Below, one piece after another: positions 1-12,608 of a stretch of DNA of 64,000 nt. The stretch covers positions 4,885,397-4,949,396 of the forward strand of contig NW_002060945.1 of assembly GCF_000150275.1 (NCBI RefSeq), in the 5' to 3' direction. Source of the stretch: Trichoplax adhaerens. Taxonomy: Eukaryota; Animalia; Placozoa. Position numbers and translations under genes: made by a program. Numbering within the stretch: the first letter of the stretch is position 1; each line of letters begins with the position of its first letter. The notes below the pieces were generated by a model. That model was not told the DNA's origin, ran no database searches, and saw only the letters and a program-made list of their open reading frames with translations.

Positions 1-10
1 AATTACATTG

Positions 11-2053
11 TTAATCCTTTTTACTTTTTGACTGTCGTCTACAACATTTACGACAAATAAACTGAAATATCTTAAAAATAATGTATACTATAGATAAAAT
101 AACAAAACAAACGTCGATTAAGTAGTATTGTATAAAATTGAGATTATATTTCTCTACTCTTAAATGTTTAGCACCATTGCTAATTAATACGTAGTCGATC
201 CAATCTGCTGCTGTCTGTAAAGGTGTTCTAGGACGACTCTTAATTACCACCGATAGTTCCTTCATTTTCCGACTATATCTACATGAAGATAATGAATCAT
301 AGTTTTTAGTTTTTAACTAACAAAAATATTGTTAATAAGCTAATAAAAATTTCTATTATAATTCAATCCATAAATAATTACATAATAAATCACACTTAAC
401 AATGCTTATCATAAATGCTTACCGATCGTCTGTAACGACTGTTTTAATAGCATTTATAACTCCATCGACAGTCAAATTACCAGTATTTAATCCGACTGCT
501 ACTCCTCTTCGTAACAGTTGCTGTAAATTATCGGGTTGATCACCAAATACTGGCATACCAATAACTGGAACGCCATGATACGCAGCTTCGTACATGCTAT
601 TATGACCACAATGTGTTACGAAAGCGACAACATTGTTATGACCAAGTAAATCATTTTGAGGAAACCATTTGACGATTTTAACGTTTTTACCAGTTTTTAA
701 ATCAACATTCTTACTTTTCCATAAGATCTTATAGGGTAGTTTATTGAAAGCTTCAAGCAATATAGCAATTTTTTCGTCAGATAGACTGTCTAATATAGTA
801 CCAAATGATACCAGGACGACTTGAGGCGATTCGTTAACAAACTTTCAAGANNNNNNNNNNNNNNNNNNNNNNNNNNNNNNNNNNNNNNNNNNNNNNNNNN
901 CATGATCAAATTGCAGCTTCATAAGTTCGTTGAAGCCCTCGATTAACTTATTTTCTCTCAGATATTTAACTGATATTTCGTGTTCATCAAGTGGTTTCGA
1001 AACCGTATAAATATCTACAGGAGTTTTCATATTAGGTAAAATATTCACTTTTTCCACCACCATGGTAACCTAATCACATTGGATATATACGTATATATTG
1101 TATAAATTAGAGTTAATGTAGATAAATTATTAATTATTTAAGTGCTAACAATGCCAAGAAGCACGCGTATACTTCTTCAATACTAACTATAATTATATCA
1201 TCATCAACATTTTTTTATTGCTACTACTTCACATGTTATATTATTTATTCCAGCAATCGCAATGAGCAGAGATAGAAGCACACGAATGTACAGCAATACC
1301 ATTGTATGCATATAATTGTATGTCTTGTGTATGATTTTTAGTGTAATTGTGCATCAAAATATGGACATAAGTCTATCATCATAAGGAACTAGAGATTTTT
1401 TAAGAATACATTTGCGGCCTATCAATTAATTGATTAATTAATTAATTAATTTTACATTAATGACTGCAGAGTACGCTTATAAATTGCAACCCTAATACCG
1501 TAGTACCTCACTATAAATTACTCGAAAGTTGCCATAATTGTAGATATTATATTGTCGCGTTCAAAATGTACACGAAGAAATTAATAGACCGACGAAGAAG
1601 TAACAAGTTTACTGCATTTAATGCACTACAGGATTAACAATGCCGACCCTCCCCTATCGATGCTCAATAATAATTAATTATAATAGATTTGGTTGCTATT
1701 TACTGCACATTCTGAGCTAATTCTATATAAATTATAAATTGTATAGAAATAGCTGATAAAGTAAAGGAAACATTTTTACCATGGTACAGTGTTGCGGTAA
1801 TAAAAAAAATAGCACGATCTCTAATTAATTAACAAATTGTAGGTAGGTAATTATTTAAGTAGCTGTTAAACAGTGTATCTAGTCTAAATTACTGTCATTG
1901 TTGTTTTACCTCATGACCTCGTCGTATTAATTCCTCTGATAGCAAATCGAACGCTAAAACATGGCTTTTACCATACATTGGTGCGACAACAATTTTAGCA
2001 GCATCTCCAACTGACGATGATAAAAATAGTAGTGCTATCGTTAAGGTTATCAT
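11..2053 (-). CDS. UDP-glycosyltransferase (UGT2/UGT3-like), copy 1; exons 2053-1910, 1069-423 (contains N gap 851-900), 278-11
   Basis: Signal peptide then PMYGKSH (catalytic His region); UGT signature WFPQNDLLGH..FVTHCGHNSMYEAAYHGVPVIGMPVFGDQ; C-terminal TM and KSKKD* (KxKxx); GT-AG introns in consistent phase. By comparison with copy 3, about 490 bp of exon 2 is missing in the gap. Confidence 0.9.
851..900. other. Assembly gap (50 N) inside UGT copy 1 exon 2
   Basis: Run of N. Confidence 1.
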
Positions 2054-2676
2054 CGATCCTTCCGTCTTGCAATTCTCTTGTTGTTCGTTGTCGATTTTAA
2101 CGTAAATAACTTGTAGATACACAAGTAAAAGCCAAATTTTGGATGGGTGCTTCACCAAAATAACCACTACTGGTCAGCTCCAGTCTCATTTATAGATTTG
2201 TTGCAATATAATGCCTACTCTTACAATATGGTGTGCACTTGCCTATACTGTACTGTACATGTACATTGTACAGAATGGAGGGTTTGAATGCATGGTATTT
2301 TTTGATTTTGTTTATTTTTAATCTGTAACATTACATCATTATGAGAATCTTACTACTGTAGTTCCATAGTGTAAGCTCTTTACCTAATACAGTACTATAC
2401 GCAGTAGTAAAGTATACAATTTGCACAGTGTTATTGCATTAGTTATGGTCGTGAGGCAGACGTACGAAATATTACATCAACTCAAAAAGATAATCGCTGA
2501 CTATAGTGCAACTTGATACTCTTCTGTTTTTTTTGTCCAGAATTAATCAATAACGATTAAATATTAGTAATTATGGTTCAACATTCAGTTTTGGTAACTA
2601 TCGTACTGTAGAAATACAGTAGAAGGAACTACTGTATTACAACGGGTTAGTGAGGCTGTGTCTAGGAGTACAGTAC

Positions 2677-2726
2677 NNNNNNNNNNNNNNNNNNNNNNNN
2701 NNNNNNNNNNNNNNNNNNNNNNNNNN
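2677..2726. other. Assembly gap (50 N), starting right after GTACAGTAC
   Basis: Run of N. Confidence 1.
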
Positions 2727-2973
2727 TCCCGCTGTATAGCTAACTGACTCAGACTCCATTCTTCACACTAATGACCATCAAAATTTTATGATGTTCCAAT
2801 TTATTTTCGTATTACTAGTGCTATAAATACAGATATCAGCAAAATAGTGTTATCATCTTACATGTAGGAATTGCAAGAACTGAAATATATTTATTTGTTA
2901 AAAAAGATAATAAATAAACGTATTTATTGGATATTAATCTATCTAATACAGTCGTAATATTACAATTATATTA

Positions 2974-4820
2974 TTAATCCTTCTTACTTTTTGACTGTCG
3001 TCTACAACATTTACGACAAGTAAACTGAAATATCTTAAAAATAATGTATATTATAGATAAAATAACAAAACAAACGTCGATTAAGTAATATTGTATAAAA
3101 TTGAGATTATATTTCTCTACTCTTAAATGTTTAGCACCATTGCTAATTAATACGTAGTCGATCCAATCTGCTGCTGTCTGTAAAGGTGTTCTAGGTCGAC
3201 TCTTAATTGCAATAGATAGTTCCTTCATTTTCTGACTGTACCTATACAGTATATATCATAATTATTTATAGTACTTGTTAATAAAATACTTTCAATAATT
3301 TCAACATTTATTAAATCGATATGTAATTTACAAATAAACTACGGTATTGTAATAAATGAATTCTATCATAAATGCTTACCGATCGTCTGTAACAACTGTT
3401 TTAATAGCATTTATAACTCCATCGACAGTCAAATTACCAGTATTTAATCCGACTGCTACTCCTCTTCGCAACAGTTGCTGTAAATTATCGGGTTGATCAC
3501 CAAATACTGGCATACCAATAACTGGAACGCCATGATACGCAGCTTCGTACATGCTATTATGACCACAATGTGTTACGAAAGCGACAACATTGTTATGACC
3601 AAGTAAATCATTTTGAGGAAACCATTTGACGATTTTAACGTTTTTACCAGTTTTTAAATCAACATTCTTACTTTTCCATAAGATCTTATAGGGTAGTTTA
3701 TTGAAAGCTTCAAGCAATATAGCAATTTTTTCGTCAGATAGACTGTCTAATATAGTACCAAATGATACCAGGACGACTTGAGGCGATTCGTTAACAAACT
3801 TTTCAAGATCACTTGGCAATGGTGAAGCTGGTCTAGGTGTTAAAGGACCTACAATTTTAACATTGGGTAAAACAGGTCGAGGATATTCCAATGCAAAATC
3901 GACCGGTAAGAGAACAAGAGACGGTGTATAATCTAAATCAGCGCCGCTTAAATGTGTACTAATATTAAATTTTCGCATTAAATTCTCTGTCATCGGATCG
4001 AACATAACTCGGTATACAATTTCTCCAATTAAATAAACTAATACATTAATACATCGCTGTAATAGATTCATTTCTGATGTAAATGTTGTGCCCATTTGAG
4101 GTGCGTACGATAAAGGGTATGGATTGCCAAGTATTCCACGAGCATATGCAAAACCTAATGTGGAATATAAAACGTTTGGTTTACCAATTGCCTGGGCGAA
4201 TAAGGTATTGCAAGCAAACATCCGATCACTGATAACAAGATCATAATCAAGGTATGCTTTCATTATCCGAGAATTGTTGAGTAGATCATTGCAGTGACCA
4301 AACTGTAGCCTTAAGATCGAGCTAATGCCTTGTATCAACTTATTTTCTCTCAGATATTTAACTGATACCTCGTATTCGTCAAAAGGCTCTGAAACAGTGT
4401 AAATATCTACTGGCGCTTTCATATTAGGTAAAACATTAGCTTTTTCTACCACAATTTTTACCTAGTCATAGAAAATATATGAATTACGCATAGAATCAAC
4501 ATGAGATGGTCTAATTTTATTTACATTTGTGTATTCCACATGATTGATGTGCAGTTGAAGATCAAAGCAATAATCTACAAGCGCTTTTGTAATAAACTAA
4601 AACACCGTACTAACGATCGCTGTAACAGAATGAAAATAAACTACTGTACTTATTATTTTACCTCATGACCCCTTTGAATTAATTCCTCTGATAGTAAATC
4701 CATCACGAAGACATGACTTTTACCAAACATTGGTAAAAGGATAATTTTAGCAGCATCTCCAGTTGGTGATGATAATAGGAATAGTAACGATATCGATAGC
4801 GTTGTAAATAGTCTTAGCAT
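2974..4820 (-). CDS. UDP-glycosyltransferase, copy 2; exons 4820-4662, 4461-3380, 3241-2974
   Basis: MLRLFTTLSISLLFLLSSPTGDAAKIILLPMFGKSH...; full UGT signature; TM plus KSKKD*; in-phase GT-AG junctions. Confidence 0.95.
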
Positions 4821-5959
4821 CTTTACCCCCTTTACTGTTCGTAATATGCTATTATTATTCTTGCATGTATACCGTTTGTAAGCATACGAGTATTAAAAGT
4901 AAAATTGAAAACAATAGCCTTTCTAGAGTAACTCGCCGAGATGTCTTTTCACAGCAGGAGCAGAGGCCTATCAAAATTTGTTATTATTCTGCTAATACTT
5001 ACTCTACTTAATTGCAATACAATTGGAGTATAATTTTAAAGGAACTTTTTTAAAGAGATCTTAAGATGCATGCACAATAATTGCACAAACGTATTTATCT
5101 GTATGACTGTACTCCATGTGTTAAACTACCCAGAATGCATCCACACTAACTGAAGTAGTATAAACTATACTTTATGCTAATTGGTATAATCTGCATAATA
5201 AATATATGCGAATTACTGTCATAGCAAATTGCAATACGTATAGCTACAATTCGCTGGCTTCATAACTTTAAATACTGAACTTAAGTGAGCATGCCGTGAG
5301 CTAGATTGGGAAACGGGTACTGTTTGGGCGTTGCCTATTAACTGCAAATGCTGCATGTAGTGCAGTTATATCAATACCGATGCCACAGCTTCTGCAAGAG
5401 AAAGTTTTTGCTTACCAGCATCTACTATATTTGCTATTCATATCTATTGCCTGTTTAGTAGTCCATGTCTTAGGGCTACAGCCGTGACCGTGACAATGCA
5501 CAACTAGGTACCTTAAAATTAACTAATACGCGTTTATATAAGTCCCTCGAGCACAGTTTGAACTTAACAGTGCAGTACGCATTCAATAACTCGGAGATGC
5601 CGCTGTTGTAATTAGGTATTGTTATTGTTAAGATACCCATAAAGCATCATTGCATTTATAGTCCTGTATCTGATCCTCAGATAAATTTTTATATTATTTA
5701 TATCATGATAAGGTATATTAACCTATGACTTCTTCATATAGTAGTTTTAATCATTTCCCCAATACGTGTTTGCCATTTTTCAGTTACATAACTCTGGCAT
5801 TACATAATACTAAAATACAACTTAATGATTACAAGAATCGTATCTATGCGTACTTATAACAAACATATTTAAAACTATCATAAAATCTACATATAATGTA
5901 TAAATCTAGATATTAATCTATCTAATACAGTCACAAATTATAATATTACAATTACATTG

Positions 5960-8455
5960 TTAATCCTTTTTACTTTTTGACTGTCGTCTACAACATTTAC
6001 GACAAATAAACTGAAATATCTTAAAAATAATATATATTATAGATAAAATAACAAAACAAACGTCGATTAAGTAGTATTGTATAAAATTGAGATTATATTT
6101 CTCTACTCTTAAATGTTTAGCACCATTGCTAATTAATACGTAGTCGATCCAATCTGCTGCTGTCTGTAAAGGTGTTCTAGGTCGACTCTTAATTACCACC
6201 GATAGTTCCTTCATTTTCCGACTATATCTACATGAAGATAATGAATCATAGTTTTTAGTTTTTAACTAACAAAAATATTATTAATAAGCTAATAAAAATT
6301 TCTATTATAATTTAATCTATAAATAATTACATAATAAATCACACTTAACAATGCTTATCATAAATGCTTACCGATCGTCTGTAACGACTGTTTTAATAGC
6401 ATTTATAACTCCATCGACAGTCAAATTACCAGTATTTAATCCGACTGCTACTCCTCTTCGTAACAGTTGCTGTAAATTATCGGGTTGATCACCAAATACT
6501 GGCATACCAATAACTGGAACGCCATGATACGCAGCTTCGTACATGCTATTATGACCACAATGTGTTACGAAAGCGACAACATTGTTATGACCAAGTAAAT
6601 CATTTTGAGGAAACCATTTGACGATTTTAACGTTTTTACCAGTTTTTAAGTCAACATTCTTACTTTTCCATAAGATCTTATAGGGTAGTTTATTGAAAGC
6701 TTCAAGCAATATAGCAATTTTTTCGTCAGATAGACCATCTAATATAGTACCAAATGATACCAGGACGACTTGAGGCGATTCGTTAACAAACTTTTCAAGA
6801 TCACTTGGCAATGGTGAAGCTGGTCTAGGTGTTAAAGGACCTACAATTTTAACATTGGGTAAAACAGGTCGAGGATATTCCAATGCAAAATCGACCGGTA
6901 AGAGAACAAGAGACGGTGTATTATCTAAATCAGCGCCGCTTAAATGTGTACTAATATTAAATTTTCGCATTAAATTCTCTGTCATCGGATCGAACATAAC
7001 TCGGTATACAATTTCTCCAATTAAATAAACTAATACATTAATACATCGCTGTAACAGATTCATTTCTGGTGTGAATGTTGTGCTCATCTGGGGTACATAC
7101 GATAATGGGTATGGATTACCAAGTACTCCGCGACGGAGTCCAAAGCCTCCAGTAGAATATAGAACATTTTGTTTACCAATTGCCTGAGCGAATAACGTAT
7201 TACACATAAACATCCGATCACTGATAACAAGATCATAATCAAGGTATGCTTTCATTATCCGAGAATTGTTGAGTAATCCATTGCAGTGATCATTTTGCAA
7301 TTTCAAAAATTTGTTCATGCCTTCAATAAATTTATTTTCTCGTAGAATTTTTACAGATACCTCGTATTCGTCAAAAGGCTCTGGAATAGTGTAAATATCT
7401 ACTGGGGTTTTCATGTTAGGTAAAACATTGGCTTTTTCCACTAAGATTTTGACCTAATTTACGAAATATATACGTATAGACGATGCGATTAGAGTCGATA
7501 TAATGCACGACATGGACTTAGGGTAAATGCGAAGCATCACATCTGATATTATCTAATTTTCTTGTCTAGTTATTAAACTGTAATATAGAAATGCATAGGC
7601 AACATGATGGCTGTTATGCGAACAATAAGTGAATAATAGTAAACATGCCTTCGTTCATTCAAATAAGTTAACTACATAGACCCAGATCGGAAATTGTAAT
7701 TCTCATAATGTCATGTTCACGATCAATATAGTTAGTTAATACTGTAACGAATACGTTTGTGCTCATGATGGCATAAATACTACTCGTATGAGCGTCGAAC
7801 GTACAGTACTGCATATTGCGTATCACAGTATAGTACAGCAATCGTATCTATTATTATTTAGATATGTTTTCGAAAATTAATGGTTCTAACACATAAAAAG
7901 TCTTTGGATAATAGTGATACATGCTCGTGCAATTAACTTTGAATAAATAAATTAAATTTGATTACTGTTAAATAATCCGTAACGATATACGCACATAAGA
8001 ATACAGTGTTACCAGCAAGTACGACCTAAATAGCGAGACAAGAAAATAACGTTCTATACGATGCATTTGATCAATGCATCCACACATCATAACTGGAATT
8101 GATCAGTTTTGCGATGATGACGATTGGATGATTGCTGATCAATATAATTTGGCTAAAAATTTAATTCCTATCATGATATCATACGATAACAATCATTCAT
8201 ACAAATCACAAGCAACTCAATTTAGCAAGTTAGAGCTCACCATCAAAATAGATCATTTCTGTGCTGGTACAGTACTTTACTGACTATTTACTATTTATTT
8301 ACCTCATGGCCACGACGTATTAACTCCCCTGATAGGAAATCCATCACGAAAACGTGACTTTTACCAAACAATGGTACGACAACAATTTTAGCAGCATCTC
8401 CGACTGATGATGATAATAGCAGTGCTAGAGACAAGGTCACAACTAATCTCTGCAT
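5960..8455 (-). CDS. UDP-glycosyltransferase, copy 3; exons 8455-8303, 7453-6372, 6227-5960
   Basis: MQRLVVTLSLALLLSSSVGDAAKIVVVPLFGKSH...; UGT signature; TM plus KSKKD*; in-phase junctions. Confidence 0.95.
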
Positions 8456-9160
8456 CTTTTAACCCTTTTTGCTACAGGTAACCTATTCCAAATAACAAAA
8501 ACACCAAAATGACACGCGGAAAGTTTTTTAACGTTTTATTAACTACACAACAGACTAAACAGTAACTGCATAGCTGTTCAATCACTGTCTGCTATACAGT
8601 ACTGTAAGTTGTTCTGTAAACATTAATCTCAGTGCAGCCTTCATACTGGTACATAGCGTTTTGCATCCAGCATTCAGTATGATGCTGACATAGCGCGAAT
8701 GCAATTCGTATGCCGGATGCCCGGATGATTTAAAAGCGCAATAGCACACATTCATGTTCACTTGTTCAGGCATATTCGAACATGATTTGGACTATTATTT
8801 GATGCCTTTTGACTTACATCATACTGATTAACATATCAACAGTGTTGTTATACTTTAATGTATTAATTAATGAATTAATTAATCAATTATGACCAGAGAT
8901 CATTTTTTACCTCGATAACCAAAGATTGATTGACAGATTGTTATTAGCCATGTGCCCTACTGCCCTGTACAATCTACAGTACTGTACAGTGCAGTGCAGT
9001 ATCATTCAGCATGTAAACAATCAAAACAAAGACAGCGGAATTACAGTACCCAATAGCATCGCTGCTCCTCATTTTCCGCTCAAGCAGTCAAGTACGTCGT
9101 GTTGAGTTTAGCTTTTCAGACTTGTTACCGTAAATTGCTGATATTTTGGATAAAGATAGT

Positions 9161-11567
9161 ATGCATACTACGATGTTAAGGAGAAAATCCTTTTCTTTAA
9201 TATTGCTGTTTGCCTTCCTCATGCAAAATGTTCATTCTGTAAAGATTGCTGTGATACCAATGTTTGGTAAAAGCCACGTCCATTCTATGAACCTCATAGC
9301 TGAAACTTTGATGCAGCGAGGACACGAGGTACTCTTGTCGAATTGTCGTACGCTACTTAGACCTGACGTCTCTACTGTATGTATATTCTCGAATATGAGC
9401 TAACATCATCTTCCAGTACAGTACAAGGGACATCAATTTCAGTAGTCCTGTTCAAAGTAGCAGAAGTGCATAAGTACAAGATGAACACTTGCGTTGATAG
9501 CATGACTCATAACAGTAACAGGATCAACATGGATATCCGACTCCTACAATATTAAGTGATTTTTTTACTCCACTGTAGACCCATGGATCCATGTTGATCT
9601 CAACAATAAAGAATACCTGAAATATCCAACTCCATGTACTCTAATAATATACACGTCCAGTATGCACATCTCAATACAGCCATATAGTACTCTGGACATT
9701 TATGCATCTGCCGTAGATCTGTCCAGAAATCCAAACTGTTGTGCCCTTTTAGCTACTACCTAATAGAACAGGGTGACGTAAGATTGTCTGGCTAAGGATA
9801 GGCAAACAGTTTGGCTGGACAACTCTAAATTAATCCCAATTCCAACCGTAGACGTACGTATATCTTTAAAATTCATACAACCCATTTAGTCCCATTCAGT
9901 AGACTAACTAAATCGTTAAGGATATAGATATTATTCTAATTTGCAGTCTCGACCTAATCGTTGCTCTTCTTTCCAGGTACGTATTGCAGTTGAAAAAACG
10001 CAAACAGTTCCTGATATGAAAACTCCCGTCGATATTTACGAATCTAGGCGTCCCGCCAATTTTAGTCATGTTAAGGACAATAAGAGCATGTTTGATGCAC
10101 TTAACGACTTTGCTGAAGTACTTGAAGAACATTGCCACGGGATATTGAATAATTCAAATATTATGGCTTATTATAAGACTATCGATATTTTAGTAACCGA
10201 TCGAGGCTATCTTTGTAATAATTTAGTGGCAATGGCAGCCAATAAACCTCATGTAGTAATATCCCCAGGCAGTTTTAATTTACATCGCGGTTTACTTGGT
10301 AATCCATCACCCTTATCTTATATTCCTCAATTGGGTAGTGGACTTCCGTCAGCTATGAATTTTAAACATAGACTGCTTAATTGTTTATTTTATGTGATAT
10401 GGAGTAGTACACATTCGATATATTTTCGTTCAACGGTTGATAAAGTAAATCGTCACTACAAGATCAATCCATCTATGAGCGCGGAAGAAACCGAATATAC
10501 ACCATCTCTGCTGCTTATACCAGCAGATTTTATCTTAGAATTTCCTCGCCCAGTATTGCCGAACGTTAAAGTTATTGGACCTATAACTACCCAACGGGCT
10601 AAGCCATTGCCGAATGACCTAGAAACATTTCTGACAGGAAATACAAAAGTGATTTATGTATCGTTTGGCTCGATTATTGAATCTTTTAGCCAGGAAAAGA
10701 TGGATATTTTAGTTAATGCTTTTAATCAATTACCTTATAAAATCTTATGGAGAAATAAATTTAATATAAAAAATTTAGGTAAACATGTAAAAGTTCTGCC
10801 ATGGCTACCGCAAAATGATATTCTCGGACATAGTAATGTAGTTGCTTTCTTATCTCACTGTGGTCATAACGGTATGTACGAAGCTGCATTTCACGGTGTG
10901 CCAATTCTCGGAATGCCAATTCAGTTTGATCAGTTTGGCAATTTACAACTGATCCTACGTGCGGATATTGGACTTGGATTAAATTTTAATAACTTGACGT
11001 CAAACGACATAATCAACGGAATACAAAATCTTCTAACTAACGAAAGGTAAATCATTAATGAAATAGTTACAGTGGCTACAGTTTTTAACATACCGTAGCA
11101 GGCGTTAACAACCAAATTATTGTAACTACGGTATTGCTTGAAAGTCATAAATGCAGTACAAAATCTAGTAATCATGTTTGCGTACCAATTATGTCAGGAT
11201 CCAGAAGTTTATCGGATCGAAGCCTTGATATACGTATAATGAAATTCTATTTTGACTAAAAGCAGTATTTTCACGTTCACATATCTAAACGGTGATCTCT
11301 TCTAACAGGTATAGAAAAAACGCCGAGTATGTATCTGCAATTCTGCAAAGTAATCCTAGAACATCAAGGGAAATAGCGGCTGACTGGATTGAATACGTTA
11401 TAGCAAATAAGGGAGCTGAATATCTTCGAATTCAGGCATATAATCAAAGTTTTGTTGAGTATTATTTACTGGACGTGCTTTTAGTGTTCGTTATCGTAAT
11501 GACAGTTTTGGTATATGTATTTAGGGCAGTTATTAGATTTATATATCATCGATGTTGCAAAGTATAA
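9161..11567 (+). CDS. UDP-glycosyltransferase, copy 4 (start 9161 or 9173); exons 9161-9328, 9977-11046, 11309-11567
   Basis: Signal peptide, PMFGKSH, WLPQNDILGHSNVVAFLSHCGHNGMYEAAFHGVP signature, C-terminal TM; ends CCKV* with no di-lysine motif. Confidence 0.93.
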
Positions 11568-12608
11568 ATTGATTGATTCAAGCAATAGATCGACTATTTG
11601 CTTACTCGATACCGTCGAGGATAATATCAACCACTTTTACACTTTACAGTAGTCAAATTATTTTTATTTCTTATAAGAAGTAAGTAAAGTAAATTTTATA
11701 CTGTGTAAGTATATAGTGACTTATTTAATATGCAAATTTTCAGTAAGTTTCACTAACGTCTTCATTTCGTGGAATTAATCATGACTAATTCTTTATAAAT
11801 TGACTGAATTACTACCGTGCGTATTGATATAAAAATTGATCAATATATAGTTTTGTGCTACGGGTTGTGTTAATTATAAGTCAAACCACTGTATGTCTGA
11901 ACAAAATCTAAAACTTCTAAGTTGACTTTACGTATTCCTGATATCGGTAACTAAATATATGTTTATTAGTCTCTACGTGCAATACGGGATATACGTTAAC
12001 TTCCGTTTGTTTTTACTAATTTTTGAATGAAAGATTAAAATAACTTTACCGTGATCTGCGATCTTTTGACTAATTGATGCAGTTAATTAATTAAGATGAA
12101 AGGGCCAGTACCTAATGTTGGCAAACAGTAATTTCAAGATTGCGGTCTTAAATGTTATCTTGATAGACTACTTTGCCACATTAAGAGCGAGCGATTAAAA
12201 TATTATACATTTACAGCAGTTATCATTCACTGATGGAGTAGTAATTATGTATTAAACAGCTCAGTACACAATGAATCGGATTATTGCGTCATATAATCTC
12301 ATGGGTTACTTTCGAGTACTTTAATTTTGTAAGCTTACTTCACTTAAGAAATTATGATGAATACGAGAACAAAAGTACTGCAATACGCATTAAAATGGTC
12401 TGTAAAGCAGGCGGTAATTGATTTTAAAATGCTGTATCCGACTTAAAAAGAGAAGAATTTTGTTCAGGCGCTGCAAATAACAGTACTAAGACTTGAAATA
12501 AAAATCTTATCATTGCTGAGTTTAAATCCTCTTAAAGCAAATAGCCATAGACAAAGAGTGATAATGCATATTAGTTCTCTTATTATGCCATGCTACGAAA
12601 AATTATCT

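Noticed and set aside
1424-1450. (ATTA)n runs (also about 8863-8885 and 21968-21985) and a G-run at about 44746-44755
   Set aside because: Ordinary low-complexity sequence in an AT-rich genome; no positional pattern
9522-9599. 13-bp perfect inverted repeat GATCAACATGGAT in UGT copy 4 intron 1
   Set aside because: No convincing TSD and no second copy in the window; too short to call a MITE
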